NCBI GenBank assembly: GCA_038251095.1
Contig: JBBSBQ010000018.1
Span: forward strand, 159-64,158
Direction: 5' to 3'
Length of the DNA: 64,000 nucleotides
Source: Hyphomicrobiales bacterium
Lineage (GTDB): Bacteria; Pseudomonadota; Alphaproteobacteria; Rhizobiales; Aestuariivirgaceae
In this document: positions 9,594-18,180 of the stretch, one piece after another
Layout: each line of letters begins with the position of its first letter
How positions within the stretch are numbered: the stretch's first letter is position 1
Notes under the pieces: generated by a model
Databases searched by the model: none
Seen by the model: only the letters and a program-made list of their open reading frames with translations
What the model was told of the DNA's origin: nothing
Translations under genes and position numbers: made by a program

Positions 9594-10487
9594 GTGAGGG
9601 CGCGAGCGTCTGATGCCTTAATCGGCGGGAGCGGTCTGGCCGTGGCGGGATATGTCATCAACCGCGCAGTCCTCGGCCTTTTGATTGCGGCTCTATCTGG
9701 CGGCCTGTTCTGGCTCGTCTGGATCTACGGCAATGGGCTCCGTGATCCCCGCTACCTCGATGGCTGGGTGCTGGCCGGCGGCATGGCCCTGCAGGTCTGC
9801 TTTCACATCGTCAAAACCTTTAGCGTGTCGCCGAAATCGGCCACGCGCTGGCGGAAGATTCATATTTTTGCCGGCTATCTGGTGATCGCCGCCTTCATTT
9901 CGCATTCGGATTTCACGCTGCCAGACAGCGGCTTCGAATGGGCCCTGTGGACTGGGTTTGTGCTGGTGACGCTGAGCGGCATCCTCGGCACCTATCTTGC
10001 CTGGTCGCAACGGGCGAAGAGCCGGGTCGATGAAGGCATCAGCTATGACCGCATCCCGGCGCTGCGCGCCGAGCTGGAGATTGCGTTTCTCCGCGCCATC
10101 GCCGAGACCGATCCGTCCGCCGCTGCGATCGATCTGCCGGGGCTGCCCCACGACGCCTGGATTACCGAACTCTACTCCACCCATCTCGGCGACTTCTTCC
10201 AGGGGCCGCGGAATTTCACCGCCCATCTCATCGGCTCGCAACGCCCGCTCAAACGGCTGACCGGCGCAATCGACAACCTGTCACGCTATGTCGATCAGCC
10301 GCGCCAGGCGAAGCTTGCCTATATCAAGACCTTGGTGGCGGAAAAAGACCGGCTCGATTTCGCCCGCGTCTCTCTCGGGCTTACCAGGGGTTGGCTGTTC
10401 GTGCACGTGCCGGTCACCTATGCACTGATCGTGTTGACGGTGCTGCACGTGCTCGTCGTCTACGCCTTTTCATCGGGTGTCTGGTGA
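9594..10487 (+). CDS. integral membrane protein with about five TM helices and conserved-looking intramembrane His residues; possible b-type cytochrome
   Basis: Hydrophobic segments containing His: CFHIV, KIHIFAGY, FISHS, FVHVPV, VLHVLV. A soluble loop of about 115 aa precedes the last helix. The b-haem assignment is inference only. Confidence 0.55.
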   Translation: MRARASDALIGGSGLAVAGYVINRAVLGLLIAALSGGLFWLVWIYGNGLRDPRYLDGWVLAGGMALQVCFHIVKTFSVSPKSATRWRKIHIFAGYLVIAAFISHSDFTLPDSGFEWALWTGFVLVTLSGILGTYLAWSQRAKSRVDEGISYDRIPALRAELEIAFLRAIAETDPSAAAIDLPGLPHDAWITELYSTHLGDFFQGPRNFTAHLIGSQRPLKRLTGAIDNLSRYVDQPRQAKLAYIKTLVAEKDRLDFARVSLGLTRGWLFVHVPVTYALIVLTVLHVLVVYAFSSGVW

Positions 10488-12958
10488 TGGCTTCCCGGCG
10501 CGACCAACTTACTGTGCTGCTGGCGCTCGTAACCGCCATCTGCTTGGGTTCGGCCATTTTTTTCTCCAACGGCACACAGTTGCTCATGCCGGGGCCGCTT
10601 ACGAGCGGGCACGCCGCGATCGAAAATTGCAACGCCTGCCATACCAAGAGCGGCAGCAACAAACTGAGCTGGCTCCACGGCCTTGTCGCCGCCGACCCGC
10701 TTGCCGACAGTAAGGCTTGCCTGACCTGCCACAAAATGCCGGCCACGGCCTTCAACCCGCACGGGGCGGCAGCCGAAGTGCTGGAGCAAAGCACCAGGCG
10801 GCTGACCAGGATCGCTGCGGGTACGACAGCGCCGCGATCAGCGGTCGCGCAGAGCATCGCATTCCCGATGAAAGATGTCATCGCGGGCGGCCTCTATTGC
10901 GCCACCTGCCATCAGGAGCATCAGGGCGCGAGCTTCAACCTGCACAAAATTTCTAGCGAGAAATGCCGCTCGTGCCACGTTGTGAAGTTCGACAGCTTTG
11001 ACGGCGATCACCCGGCCTTCGAAAACTATCCGTTCAAGCGGCGGACGCGAATTATCTACGATCATGCCAGCCATTCCGGCAAGTACTACCCGGACTTGGC
11101 AAAAAAGGATCCAGCAACGCGCACCCCGGCAACCTGCTCGGCCTGTCACAACAGTAACAACGACAGGCGGGTCATGGCCGTGGCGCCTTTCGATCAGATC
11201 TGCGCCTCTTGCCATCTCGGCCAGATCATCGGCAAAGAGCGGGTCAGCGGCCCCAAAGGCATTGCCTTCCTCACTCTGCCAGGCCTCGATCTGGAAACGC
11301 TGAAGAAGAAAAATGCCTCTATCGGGGAATGGCCGGACGGGTCCGATGCCGCGCTGACGCCATTTATGAAGCTGATCATGAACCGGAATGAAAAAGGCCG
11401 CGGGCTGGTCAAGGCGGTGGACGGCCTGAACCTCCTGGATCTTGCCACTGCGAGCGACAGTCAGATCAAGGCGGTGACGGATCTGGCGTGGGAGATCAAA
11501 GGGCTGTTCCATGCACTGATCAAGGGAAAGGCATCAGACGTGCTGGGCAATCTCAGTGCTGGCGACGGGGCGAAACTGAATACGGCTCTCATTTCCGATC
11601 TGACCGCAGGCATTCCCCGTGATGCCGTCATCGGCGCTCAGCAGGAGTGGCTCCCCAATCTCGCAGCGGAAATGACCGGTGGCCCGGTTACGCTTCCCGA
11701 AGCGCCGTCCGGTTCCAATGCGGTTCAGGCAGTTCCGATCCCCTCGCCACAGGAACCGCAGAGTGCGGCGGCAGTCGAAACCAATTCCTCCGACAGCGAG
11801 CCCCCCGAAACTGAGTCCGTTGGCACAGAACCTGCCGGTGCTGAGAAAACAGTCTGCGCCGATGAACCACCTCGCGCCGAGAATATAGCCGCGACGGATG
11901 AAGTGGCGCCGGATTCTGAAGACGAGCCTGAGACCGGGGAGAGTGGAGAAACACTCAGCGCCGAAGAACAACTGGCGGCGGTCAAGGGACGCCTGCCTCT
12001 GCCCAACGGAACCCCGCGCGCCATCAAGACCCGCATCGAGAACGCCAGGAAGAAAAAGCCGCATGAAGAAGCGGAGGCCAAGGCCGAGGGCGCAAAGGTA
12101 GTGCCCTGCACCGACGAACAGCCGCGCCCCGATGCGGCCGGAGAAACCGAAGCTGCTGAGGCCAACGCCAATGAAGGCACCGAAGCGCCCTCCGCCGGGG
12201 GACAGGCTGCCGCCGATACGACAGAGCAATTCGATGATCTGCTCTTCCCCACCGGGTCTGAGAAAGCAGGCCGGACTGAAGAAGCGGATCCCGCTTCAAA
12301 AACCGAAGGCAAGACGCCAGCCGACGCGCTGCCGGAGGCAAACACTGCGCCGCCTGCCCCACAAGTCCAGGCGGCTCCCACGACCGGCATCGAAAGCGAC
12401 GTGGATCCGGAGACCTGGGCTGAATATGGCGGCTGGTATCGGCAGGACTACACGCTTTATTACCGCCCCACCGGCCACAAGGACAAGTTCGTCCAGTCCT
12501 GGCTCGTTCTGACCTGGCCGCAAGCGCCAACGGGCGGCACGAGCCCGGCAGCGGCGGTCTTCGATTACCTCATCGGCAAGGACGCGCAGGGCTCATGCAC
12601 AAAATGCCACAGCGTTGACGATATCCGGGGCAAAGGGCGGGTGGTCAATTTCTCCCCGGCCTCGGTCGCGAACAAACATGGGCGGTTCACGCATTTCATC
12701 CACGAGCCGCATATGGGCATCATGGATAACCGCGGTTGTCTTACCTGCCATGACCTTGAAAGGAACCGCCCCTATCTCAAGAGTTACGAGCAAGGCAACG
12801 CATGGAAATTTACAGCCAACTTCGGCGCAGTGAAGAAGGAGCTCTGCCAGGGCTGCCACACCAGCGGCGTGGCCCGCCAAGACTGCTTGCTGTGCCACAA
12901 ATATCATGTGAACGGCGTGGCCACGCCTGTCATGAACACAAAAATTCCGGCTCAATAG
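10487..12958 (+). CDS. decahaem c-type cytochrome with a long acidic low-complexity linker
   Basis: Ten CXXCH motifs, six N-terminal (CNACH, CLTCH, CATCH, CRSCH, CSACH, CASCH) and four C-terminal (CTKCH, CLTCH, CQGCH, CLLCH). The ATG at 10487 overlaps the upstream TGA (TGATG). It is followed by a TM/signal segment. Confidence 0.8.
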   Translation: MASRRDQLTVLLALVTAICLGSAIFFSNGTQLLMPGPLTSGHAAIENCNACHTKSGSNKLSWLHGLVAADPLADSKACLTCHKMPATAFNPHGAAAEVLEQSTRRLTRIAAGTTAPRSAVAQSIAFPMKDVIAGGLYCATCHQEHQGASFNLHKISSEKCRSCHVVKFDSFDGDHPAFENYPFKRRTRIIYDHASHSGKYYPDLAKKDPATRTPATCSACHNSNNDRRVMAVAPFDQICASCHLGQIIGKERVSGPKGIAFLTLPGLDLETLKKKNASIGEWPDGSDAALTPFMKLIMNRNEKGRGLVKAVDGLNLLDLATASDSQIKAVTDLAWEIKGLFHALIKGKASDVLGNLSAGDGAKLNTALISDLTAGIPRDAVIGAQQEWLPNLAAEMTGGPVTLPEAPSGSNAVQAVPIPSPQEPQSAAAVETNSSDSEPPETESVGTEPAGAEKTVCADEPPRAENIAATDEVAPDSEDEPETGESGETLSAEEQLAAVKGRLPLPNGTPRAIKTRIENARKKKPHEEAEAKAEGAKVVPCTDEQPRPDAAGETEAAEANANEGTEAPSAGGQAAADTTEQFDDLLFPTGSEKAGRTEEADPASKTEGKTPADALPEANTAPPAPQVQAAPTTGIESDVDPETWAEYGGWYRQDYTLYYRPTGHKDKFVQSWLVLTWPQAPTGGTSPAAAVFDYLIGKDAQGSCTKCHSVDDIRGKGRVVNFSPASVANKHGRFTHFIHEPHMGIMDNRGCLTCHDLERNRPYLKSYEQGNAWKFTANFGAVKKELCQGCHTSGVARQDCLLCHKYHVNGVATPVMNTKIPAQ

Positions 12959-13167
12959 CCGCGCGCCCAATCAGCAAATCGCGGTGGATGCAGACCGCTG
13001 CGAACCTGCTTTTGTATCCAATTCCCTGATAACCGGAAAAATAAAGCGGAAGGCATCAGGCATCGAGATACCCATTATGCGCAATTCAGCCCCAGAGCGT
13101 GCGGGCTCACAAGTATTTTGCACGCTTCTCGCGCCAGAAAATAATTCCAGTTAGCAGGAATAAATGA

Positions 13168-13183
13168 CTGGCGGAGAGGGAGG
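13168..13183. repeat. 16-nt exact copy of the 3' end of tRNA-Ser(CGA) (CTGGCGGAGAGGGAGG); att-like island boundary
   Basis: Identical to 35653-35668 in the same orientation. A further 12-14 nt or so are partly similar to the T-arm. Confidence 0.6.
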
Positions 13184-13598
13184 CCTTAGAATTTCCCAAT
13201 CATCTATATGATATTACAGAATTTTTGCGACGCAACTGGAGGTTCATCCTAGCATTCATCCTAGTTTCGGCGCTGGCTCGTGGCAATCATTGGCGGACGT
13301 CAACGTTCGTTTATGCAGGATAAAGTGGCCCTACATTCGTAGATTGCTCTCTGTTCAAATATATGTTGCACCTGGTGAAGCCGTTGCCCTTTGAGCCTTA
13401 ACTGCCTTCAGCTTCAAGCCTGATTGGTCCGATCGTGTGAACAAAGCAGACATCGTGTGAGGATCGCCTGATTTCCGTTTTTGACCCAGAGCGGACATTC
13501 ATTAGCCATATGCCCTCTCTCAAGAGTTAAGTTCAGAGGTACTTGTTCAGGATTTAGATTATTTGGTTGCGACTTTCAGCCAACCAGAAGGATTCATT

Positions 13599-13994
13599 CT
13601 AATCCGCTTCTAAAATCGCGCGCACGTCGCTTTCTCGGAATGGCTTATCAAGTACACCTATGAGCCGTAAATCAAATCGCTTGGCAAATTGCTCCGCTCC
13701 CTTGAGAGCATCAATCTTCGCGCCGCTCATCAAGACAATCGAGGATTTTATCTGATGACTGAACAAAAAGTCTAGAACCTGCAGGCCGTCCATCTCGGGC
13801 ATGTTCATATCGATGAAGATTATGTCAGACTCTGTCATATCATCAAGGTGCGCGGATTTGGCCCGCGTTGTGGTCAATACCTTGTAACCAAAATTACTAA
13901 GCATTCGAGCCATTAACAGACAGAAAGCCTCCTCGTCATCAATGACGAGCACCTTTCGGGCGGTCATCAATTTTGGGAATTTCTGTAACATCAT
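13599..13994 (-). CDS. response-regulator receiver domain, probably the second REC of the upstream hybrid kinase
   Basis: VLVIDDEE...IIFIDMNMPEMDG...VLMSG...LDKPF. The ORF's upstream extension encodes the missing end of the preceding REC domain. Confidence 0.7.
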   Translation of the reverse strand: MMLQKFPKLMTARKVLVIDDEEAFCLLMARMLSNFGYKVLTTTRAKSAHLDDMTESDIIFIDMNMPEMDGLQVLDFLFSHQIKSSIVLMSGAKIDALKGAEQFAKRFDLRLIGVLDKPFRESDVRAILEAD

Positions 13995-14043
13995 TGGAAA
14001 TTTATCTTTGCTCAAAGCGGTCCCATCATTGGCGTCGAGGACT

Positions 14044-16695
14044 TTACGCAATGCGAGGGCCAGATCGCTTTTTCGGTAAGGTTTGTTCAACAAGTTGCAC
14101 GCTCACCGGCGGGCCACCGTCGCCATTGAGTTTAGTCTCGGGGTAGCCAGAGGTCAGGAGTACTTTCAAATCCGGCCATCGGGATGTGGCCTTCAGTGCC
14201 AGATCGTAACCGCTGATGCCGCCCGGCATCATGATATCGGTGAACAGAAGATTAACCGGTTCGCTCTCGAGGATCTTGAGGGCCGCGTTTCCGTCTTCGG
14301 CCTCAAGCACACGATAGCCAAGCTCACCCAGCTGGCGCACCACTACGCGGCGCAGGCCGACATTGTCTTCTACGGCCAGCACAGTCTCGTGGCCACCCTG
14401 TTCGGATACGGCCACCGTCTCAGGCGCCATCGCCTCTCGGTCAGCCGTGGCGCGTGGCAGATAGAGGCGGAACGTCGTGCCGTGACCCACTTCGCTGTAG
14501 ACAGTGATGTGCCCAGAGGACTGCTTCATGAAACCGAAGACCATGCTGAGGCCGAGACCGGTGCCCTTACCTTGCCCTTTAGTGGTGAAAAACGGCTCGA
14601 AGATTTGGTTAAGCATTTCCGGCTCGATGCCGGTGCCGGTATCGCTGATCTCGATCAAGGCATAGTTGCCCGGAGTAAGTTCTGGGTGTAAAGCAGAATA
14701 GTCGTTATCCAAGTATCGATTGCTTGTCGCAATCATCAGGATGCCTCCACTCGGCATGGCGTCGCGCGCATTATTGCAGATATTGATCAGGCTTGCGCTG
14801 AGTTGCGAAGGATCAGCATCCACCGGCCAGATATCCGTTCCAAGCTCAAGCTTAATTGTTATATCCGTGCCTAACGTTCGACTCAGAAGTTTACTAATAC
14901 CTTCGACAAGATCGTTCACAACTACGCGTTGCGGGCGCAGTGACTGGCGGCGTGCGAAGGCAAGTAGACTTTTGGTCAGATCCGAACCCCGCAGCGCTGC
15001 CTCAAGTGCCTCACTTGCAAGCTGGTCGATTCCTGGATCTAACGCAGCACCGCCAATCTTCTGGCCGCGTAGGAGATCGAGATTTCCAATTATAATGCCA
15101 AGCAGATTGTTGAAGTCATGGGCAACCCCCCCTGTTAAGTTGCCAATCGCTTCCATTTTCTGTGCATGGACAAGCTGGCGCGCTCCTTCACGGACTGAAA
15201 CTTCTAACCTTACGCGCTCAATATGGGCCCAAGAACGCTCGGTCACCTCACTTAGGATCGCGAGGTCGCTTGTGCTCCAGATTCTTGGCTTACGGTCATG
15301 AACTGCCATAAGCGCTGTCAAGCGGCCATCCTTGACCAGGGGCATGCAGATGGTTGCGGCAATGCCGATATTCTGAAAGGTCGCGGCCTCCTCGGGCGCA
15401 AGTTCGGCGAGGTTGTCATTCACAACAAGCGGCAGTCCTGCTCCAAGGTTCTTGACGGCGAGTCGGCCAAAATCGGCAAGGCTATAGTAACCAATAATAC
15501 TGGGGGATCCCTCCGCACTCCAGTCGCCCCGGATGGTAAAATGATCCTGATCGAGTTCCATATCGGCATAGGCGCAGATGGCGACATCGAGATGTTCGCC
15601 CATCATGCGTGTCGAAATAGCGAGGATCTCTGCTGCATCGAAACTCTTGGCCGTCTCCTTGCCAAGGGCATCAAGGAAGCGATGCCGTGCCTCACTCTCG
15701 TGGAGCACAGCTTCCGTCTTGTGGTGTTCGGTTATATCTTCGGAGATTGAGAGAAGATACTTCGGTCTCCCGTGATCGTCGGGAACCGCCATCTTCATGG
15801 TTCGCAAGAGGCGTGTCCCTTGATTTCGAGTGTCTATCGGTTCCGCGGGGGTAGTGTGAAGTCCGCCCACCCGCAAAACCTCCCGATCACGTGAAACGAA
15901 GAAGTCGGCTTGTTCTTTTGGGACGAAATCGTAGTCGGACTTGCCAATAAGCTCACTTCGATCCATGCCCAGTAGCTCTTCGCCGGCATGGTTGACAAAT
16001 ACAATGCGGAAATCCAACGCGTCCTTCACAAGGACCATTGCGGGGATGTTCTCGATCATCAGATTATGAAAAGTGCTTTCATTCCTTAGGAGAACTTCTG
16101 CCTTCTTTCGCTCCAAAATTTCAGTCTGCAGTTCAATTGAACGTGCGACGAGTTTCTTCTCAAGCCTTGCGTATTCTTTGGCCTGAATCCCTAACGCCCC
16201 GTCGGATCGAGGAGGGAGCGTCCCGACATTGAGTTGTTCTTGCGATGTTTCGGACACCGATTCACAAACCAGCGGTGGAGCACCTTCGGTGAGATCTTCA
16301 ACCTGGTGAATGATCCACAAGATTTCATCATTCTGATCGAGGATAGGCGCATTGACCTGGCTCCAGTAGCGCGCTTCAAAGACGTTCCCAGCGGAGCCGG
16401 GTAGCGGAATGTCATATTTTTGCTTGGACAACTTATCGGGACGCCGGTGTAGTAATACGCGCTCGAGCGAAGCTCGCGAACTGCTGACGCCGGTAGCGGT
16501 TGGATCGTTTGGGTTGCCCGGAAACACATCGAAAAATCCTAGACCTAGTATTTTTTCAGGTACAGTGAACGTTGCGTCACAATAGGCATCACTGGCGGTG
16601 ACGATGTTAAAGTCTGGAGTTAGAACAAGGTAAAGCTTGGGGGAACCCTCAAAGAGAGTCTGAAACTCAGAAGATGAATCAAAGCGACGTGTCAT
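14044..16695 (-). CDS. cytoplasmic PAS/GAF hybrid sensor histidine kinase (HisKA-HATPase-REC)
   Basis: PAS-like N-terminal repeats, then the H-box GGVAHDFNNLL, the G-boxes DTGTGI and GTGLGLS, and a REC domain (VLAVEDN...FTDIMMPGG...LLTSGY). There are no TM segments. Confidence 0.85.
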   Translation of the reverse strand: MTRRFDSSSEFQTLFEGSPKLYLVLTPDFNIVTASDAYCDATFTVPEKILGLGFFDVFPGNPNDPTATGVSSSRASLERVLLHRRPDKLSKQKYDIPLPGSAGNVFEARYWSQVNAPILDQNDEILWIIHQVEDLTEGAPPLVCESVSETSQEQLNVGTLPPRSDGALGIQAKEYARLEKKLVARSIELQTEILERKKAEVLLRNESTFHNLMIENIPAMVLVKDALDFRIVFVNHAGEELLGMDRSELIGKSDYDFVPKEQADFFVSRDREVLRVGGLHTTPAEPIDTRNQGTRLLRTMKMAVPDDHGRPKYLLSISEDITEHHKTEAVLHESEARHRFLDALGKETAKSFDAAEILAISTRMMGEHLDVAICAYADMELDQDHFTIRGDWSAEGSPSIIGYYSLADFGRLAVKNLGAGLPLVVNDNLAELAPEEAATFQNIGIAATICMPLVKDGRLTALMAVHDRKPRIWSTSDLAILSEVTERSWAHIERVRLEVSVREGARQLVHAQKMEAIGNLTGGVAHDFNNLLGIIIGNLDLLRGQKIGGAALDPGIDQLASEALEAALRGSDLTKSLLAFARRQSLRPQRVVVNDLVEGISKLLSRTLGTDITIKLELGTDIWPVDADPSQLSASLINICNNARDAMPSGGILMIATSNRYLDNDYSALHPELTPGNYALIEISDTGTGIEPEMLNQIFEPFFTTKGQGKGTGLGLSMVFGFMKQSSGHITVYSEVGHGTTFRLYLPRATADREAMAPETVAVSEQGGHETVLAVEDNVGLRRVVVRQLGELGYRVLEAEDGNAALKILESEPVNLLFTDIMMPGGISGYDLALKATSRWPDLKVLLTSGYPETKLNGDGGPPVSVQLVEQTLPKKRSGPRIA

Positions 16696-17157
16696 TTAAT
16701 CTATTCCACACCAACCCTCGCGCTAGGGTACGCTTTACGCATCAAAAATGTCAGCACTTTGGGAAGTTGGAATAATCAAGTTCACGAAACGCTAAGGTCA
16801 TAATCAGGCCTTAGCACGTAACCAATTTCGCTAACTATTTTGGGCTAACGAGAGCTTCAAGTCAAACAGGGCCTGAACATCCGGGTCGAATTTGGCAACT
16901 TACATCTTCGAAGTGAGATTATAGCTAGTGCTGTCTGGTATGCCTTACGTCCGCTTATGGCCCTTAGCAGACATGGCTCTGGCATCGGCCGACTACCGCT
17001 TATGACCCAAACCAGAAATCACGGTTTTTGCGCATTGCCTCAGCCACTAACCAAACCTACCCCATCTCGACGGGAGGCTACCCATGCAATAATCTCTCAC
17101 TGCGTCTGGTACAAAATATCGGGCATGCCACGAGCAACCCATCGGTGACATTGAGAG

Positions 17158-17186
17158 CCCGGCAGAGATGCCGGGTTTCTATTTTT
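17158..17186 (+). terminator. Rho-independent terminator with no annotated upstream gene
   Basis: CCCGGCA-GAGA-TGCCGGG forms a 7-bp GC-rich stem and is followed by TTTCTATTTTT. Confidence 0.55.
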
Positions 17187-17282
17187 CCAGAAAACTAAAA
17201 TTTTAGATATTTCATTGTGACTCATTTAACCGATCTAGTCGCAAGTTGCTTTTTGGGACAGCCCTTTGGCAATTGATTCATC

Positions 17283-17630
17283 ATGCGGAAATTGAATTCC
17301 GACGCGTTCACACGCAAGCATCCTCGGCACCGGGTGCTCAAAGAAGGCAAAATTATTTCTGCCGACATTCACTGCGGCATCGACGTGATTATTCGGGATA
17401 TGAGTGTTGGGGGCGCACGCGTTGAAATCCTCCCAACCATGCAACCGCCAGAAAAGTTCGATCTGTTGTTTTCATCAGAATACCTTTTCTATCCTGCTGT
17501 TGTGAACTGGCAGAGTGGAGGGATGATCGGAATTGAATTTGCGGGTGAGCCATACCGAATGCGAACAGTAATCGACAACCCTTCGCCAATAAAAAACCCT
17601 GGCGCTTATCGCTCTCGTCTGGGTAACTGA
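17283..17630 (+). CDS. PilZ domain protein
   Basis: RKHPRHRV (RxxxR) and DMSVGGARV (DxSxxG) motifs. Confidence 0.75.
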   Translation: MRKLNSDAFTRKHPRHRVLKEGKIISADIHCGIDVIIRDMSVGGARVEILPTMQPPEKFDLLFSSEYLFYPAVVNWQSGGMIGIEFAGEPYRMRTVIDNPSPIKNPGAYRSRLGN

Positions 17631-17664
17631 ACTCGCCCCATTGCTCGCCCACCACGCAATGTAT

Positions 17665-18100
17665 CAGTCCCCACAACAGAACCAGACGCAGCCTACGTCG
17701 GTACCCGACACCAATGGCATGATCGTGCCGCTTGACCCGATGGAACCGCGCTTTCAGGTTAACCTTACGAAGTTTGAACTGTTTGATGGAATTTGATTTT
17801 TTGGATCCGACGAGGCTGTCGTGATCGTCAGGACGGATAGCACAATCCGGAAATCAAGGATTTGGCAATTTGGACAGTGACGGCGCCTTGCAGACATTCG
17901 AACTCGGCGCGACCTACCTCTCTCCCGCAGTAGAAACGGGCCCAAATGATGGACGATGGTCATGCGACCCCAACGGCGCAGCAGCATCCATTAACTTCTT
18001 TCTGGAGGCTTGGGAACAGGACGATTTATACACATACTGCGCACCCAATCTAACCGTCTCAGATGAGTCTCTGCTGCGACTTCGGGACAATTCAGGCTGA
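17665..18100 (+). pseudogene. truncated, degenerate copy of the secreted-protein gene at 29509-30274
   Basis: Matches the other copy at nucleotide and amino-acid level: QSPQQN...RFQVNLTKFELFD, GSDEAVVIVRTD, ETGPNDGRWSCDPNG, FFLEAWEQD. It lacks the signal peptide and the C-terminal half. There is an in-frame TGA at 17794-17796. Confidence 0.6.
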
Positions 18101-18180
18101 CCCACCACCCATGGATGACATAATTTGACTTGCGCTGAAAAAACACCGATGCATGTGAGAGGACACATTTTGAGGAGCAA

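Noticed and set aside
10391-10486. N-terminal extension of the decahaem ORF (track start 10391). Similar upstream extensions exist for asd, acnA, acs, tsaD, hemC, cspA, SRAP and sdhD.
   Set aside because: The extensions overlap the preceding gene or lack conservation. Internal ATGs with RBS-like sequences, or stop/start overlaps, give family-typical N-termini.
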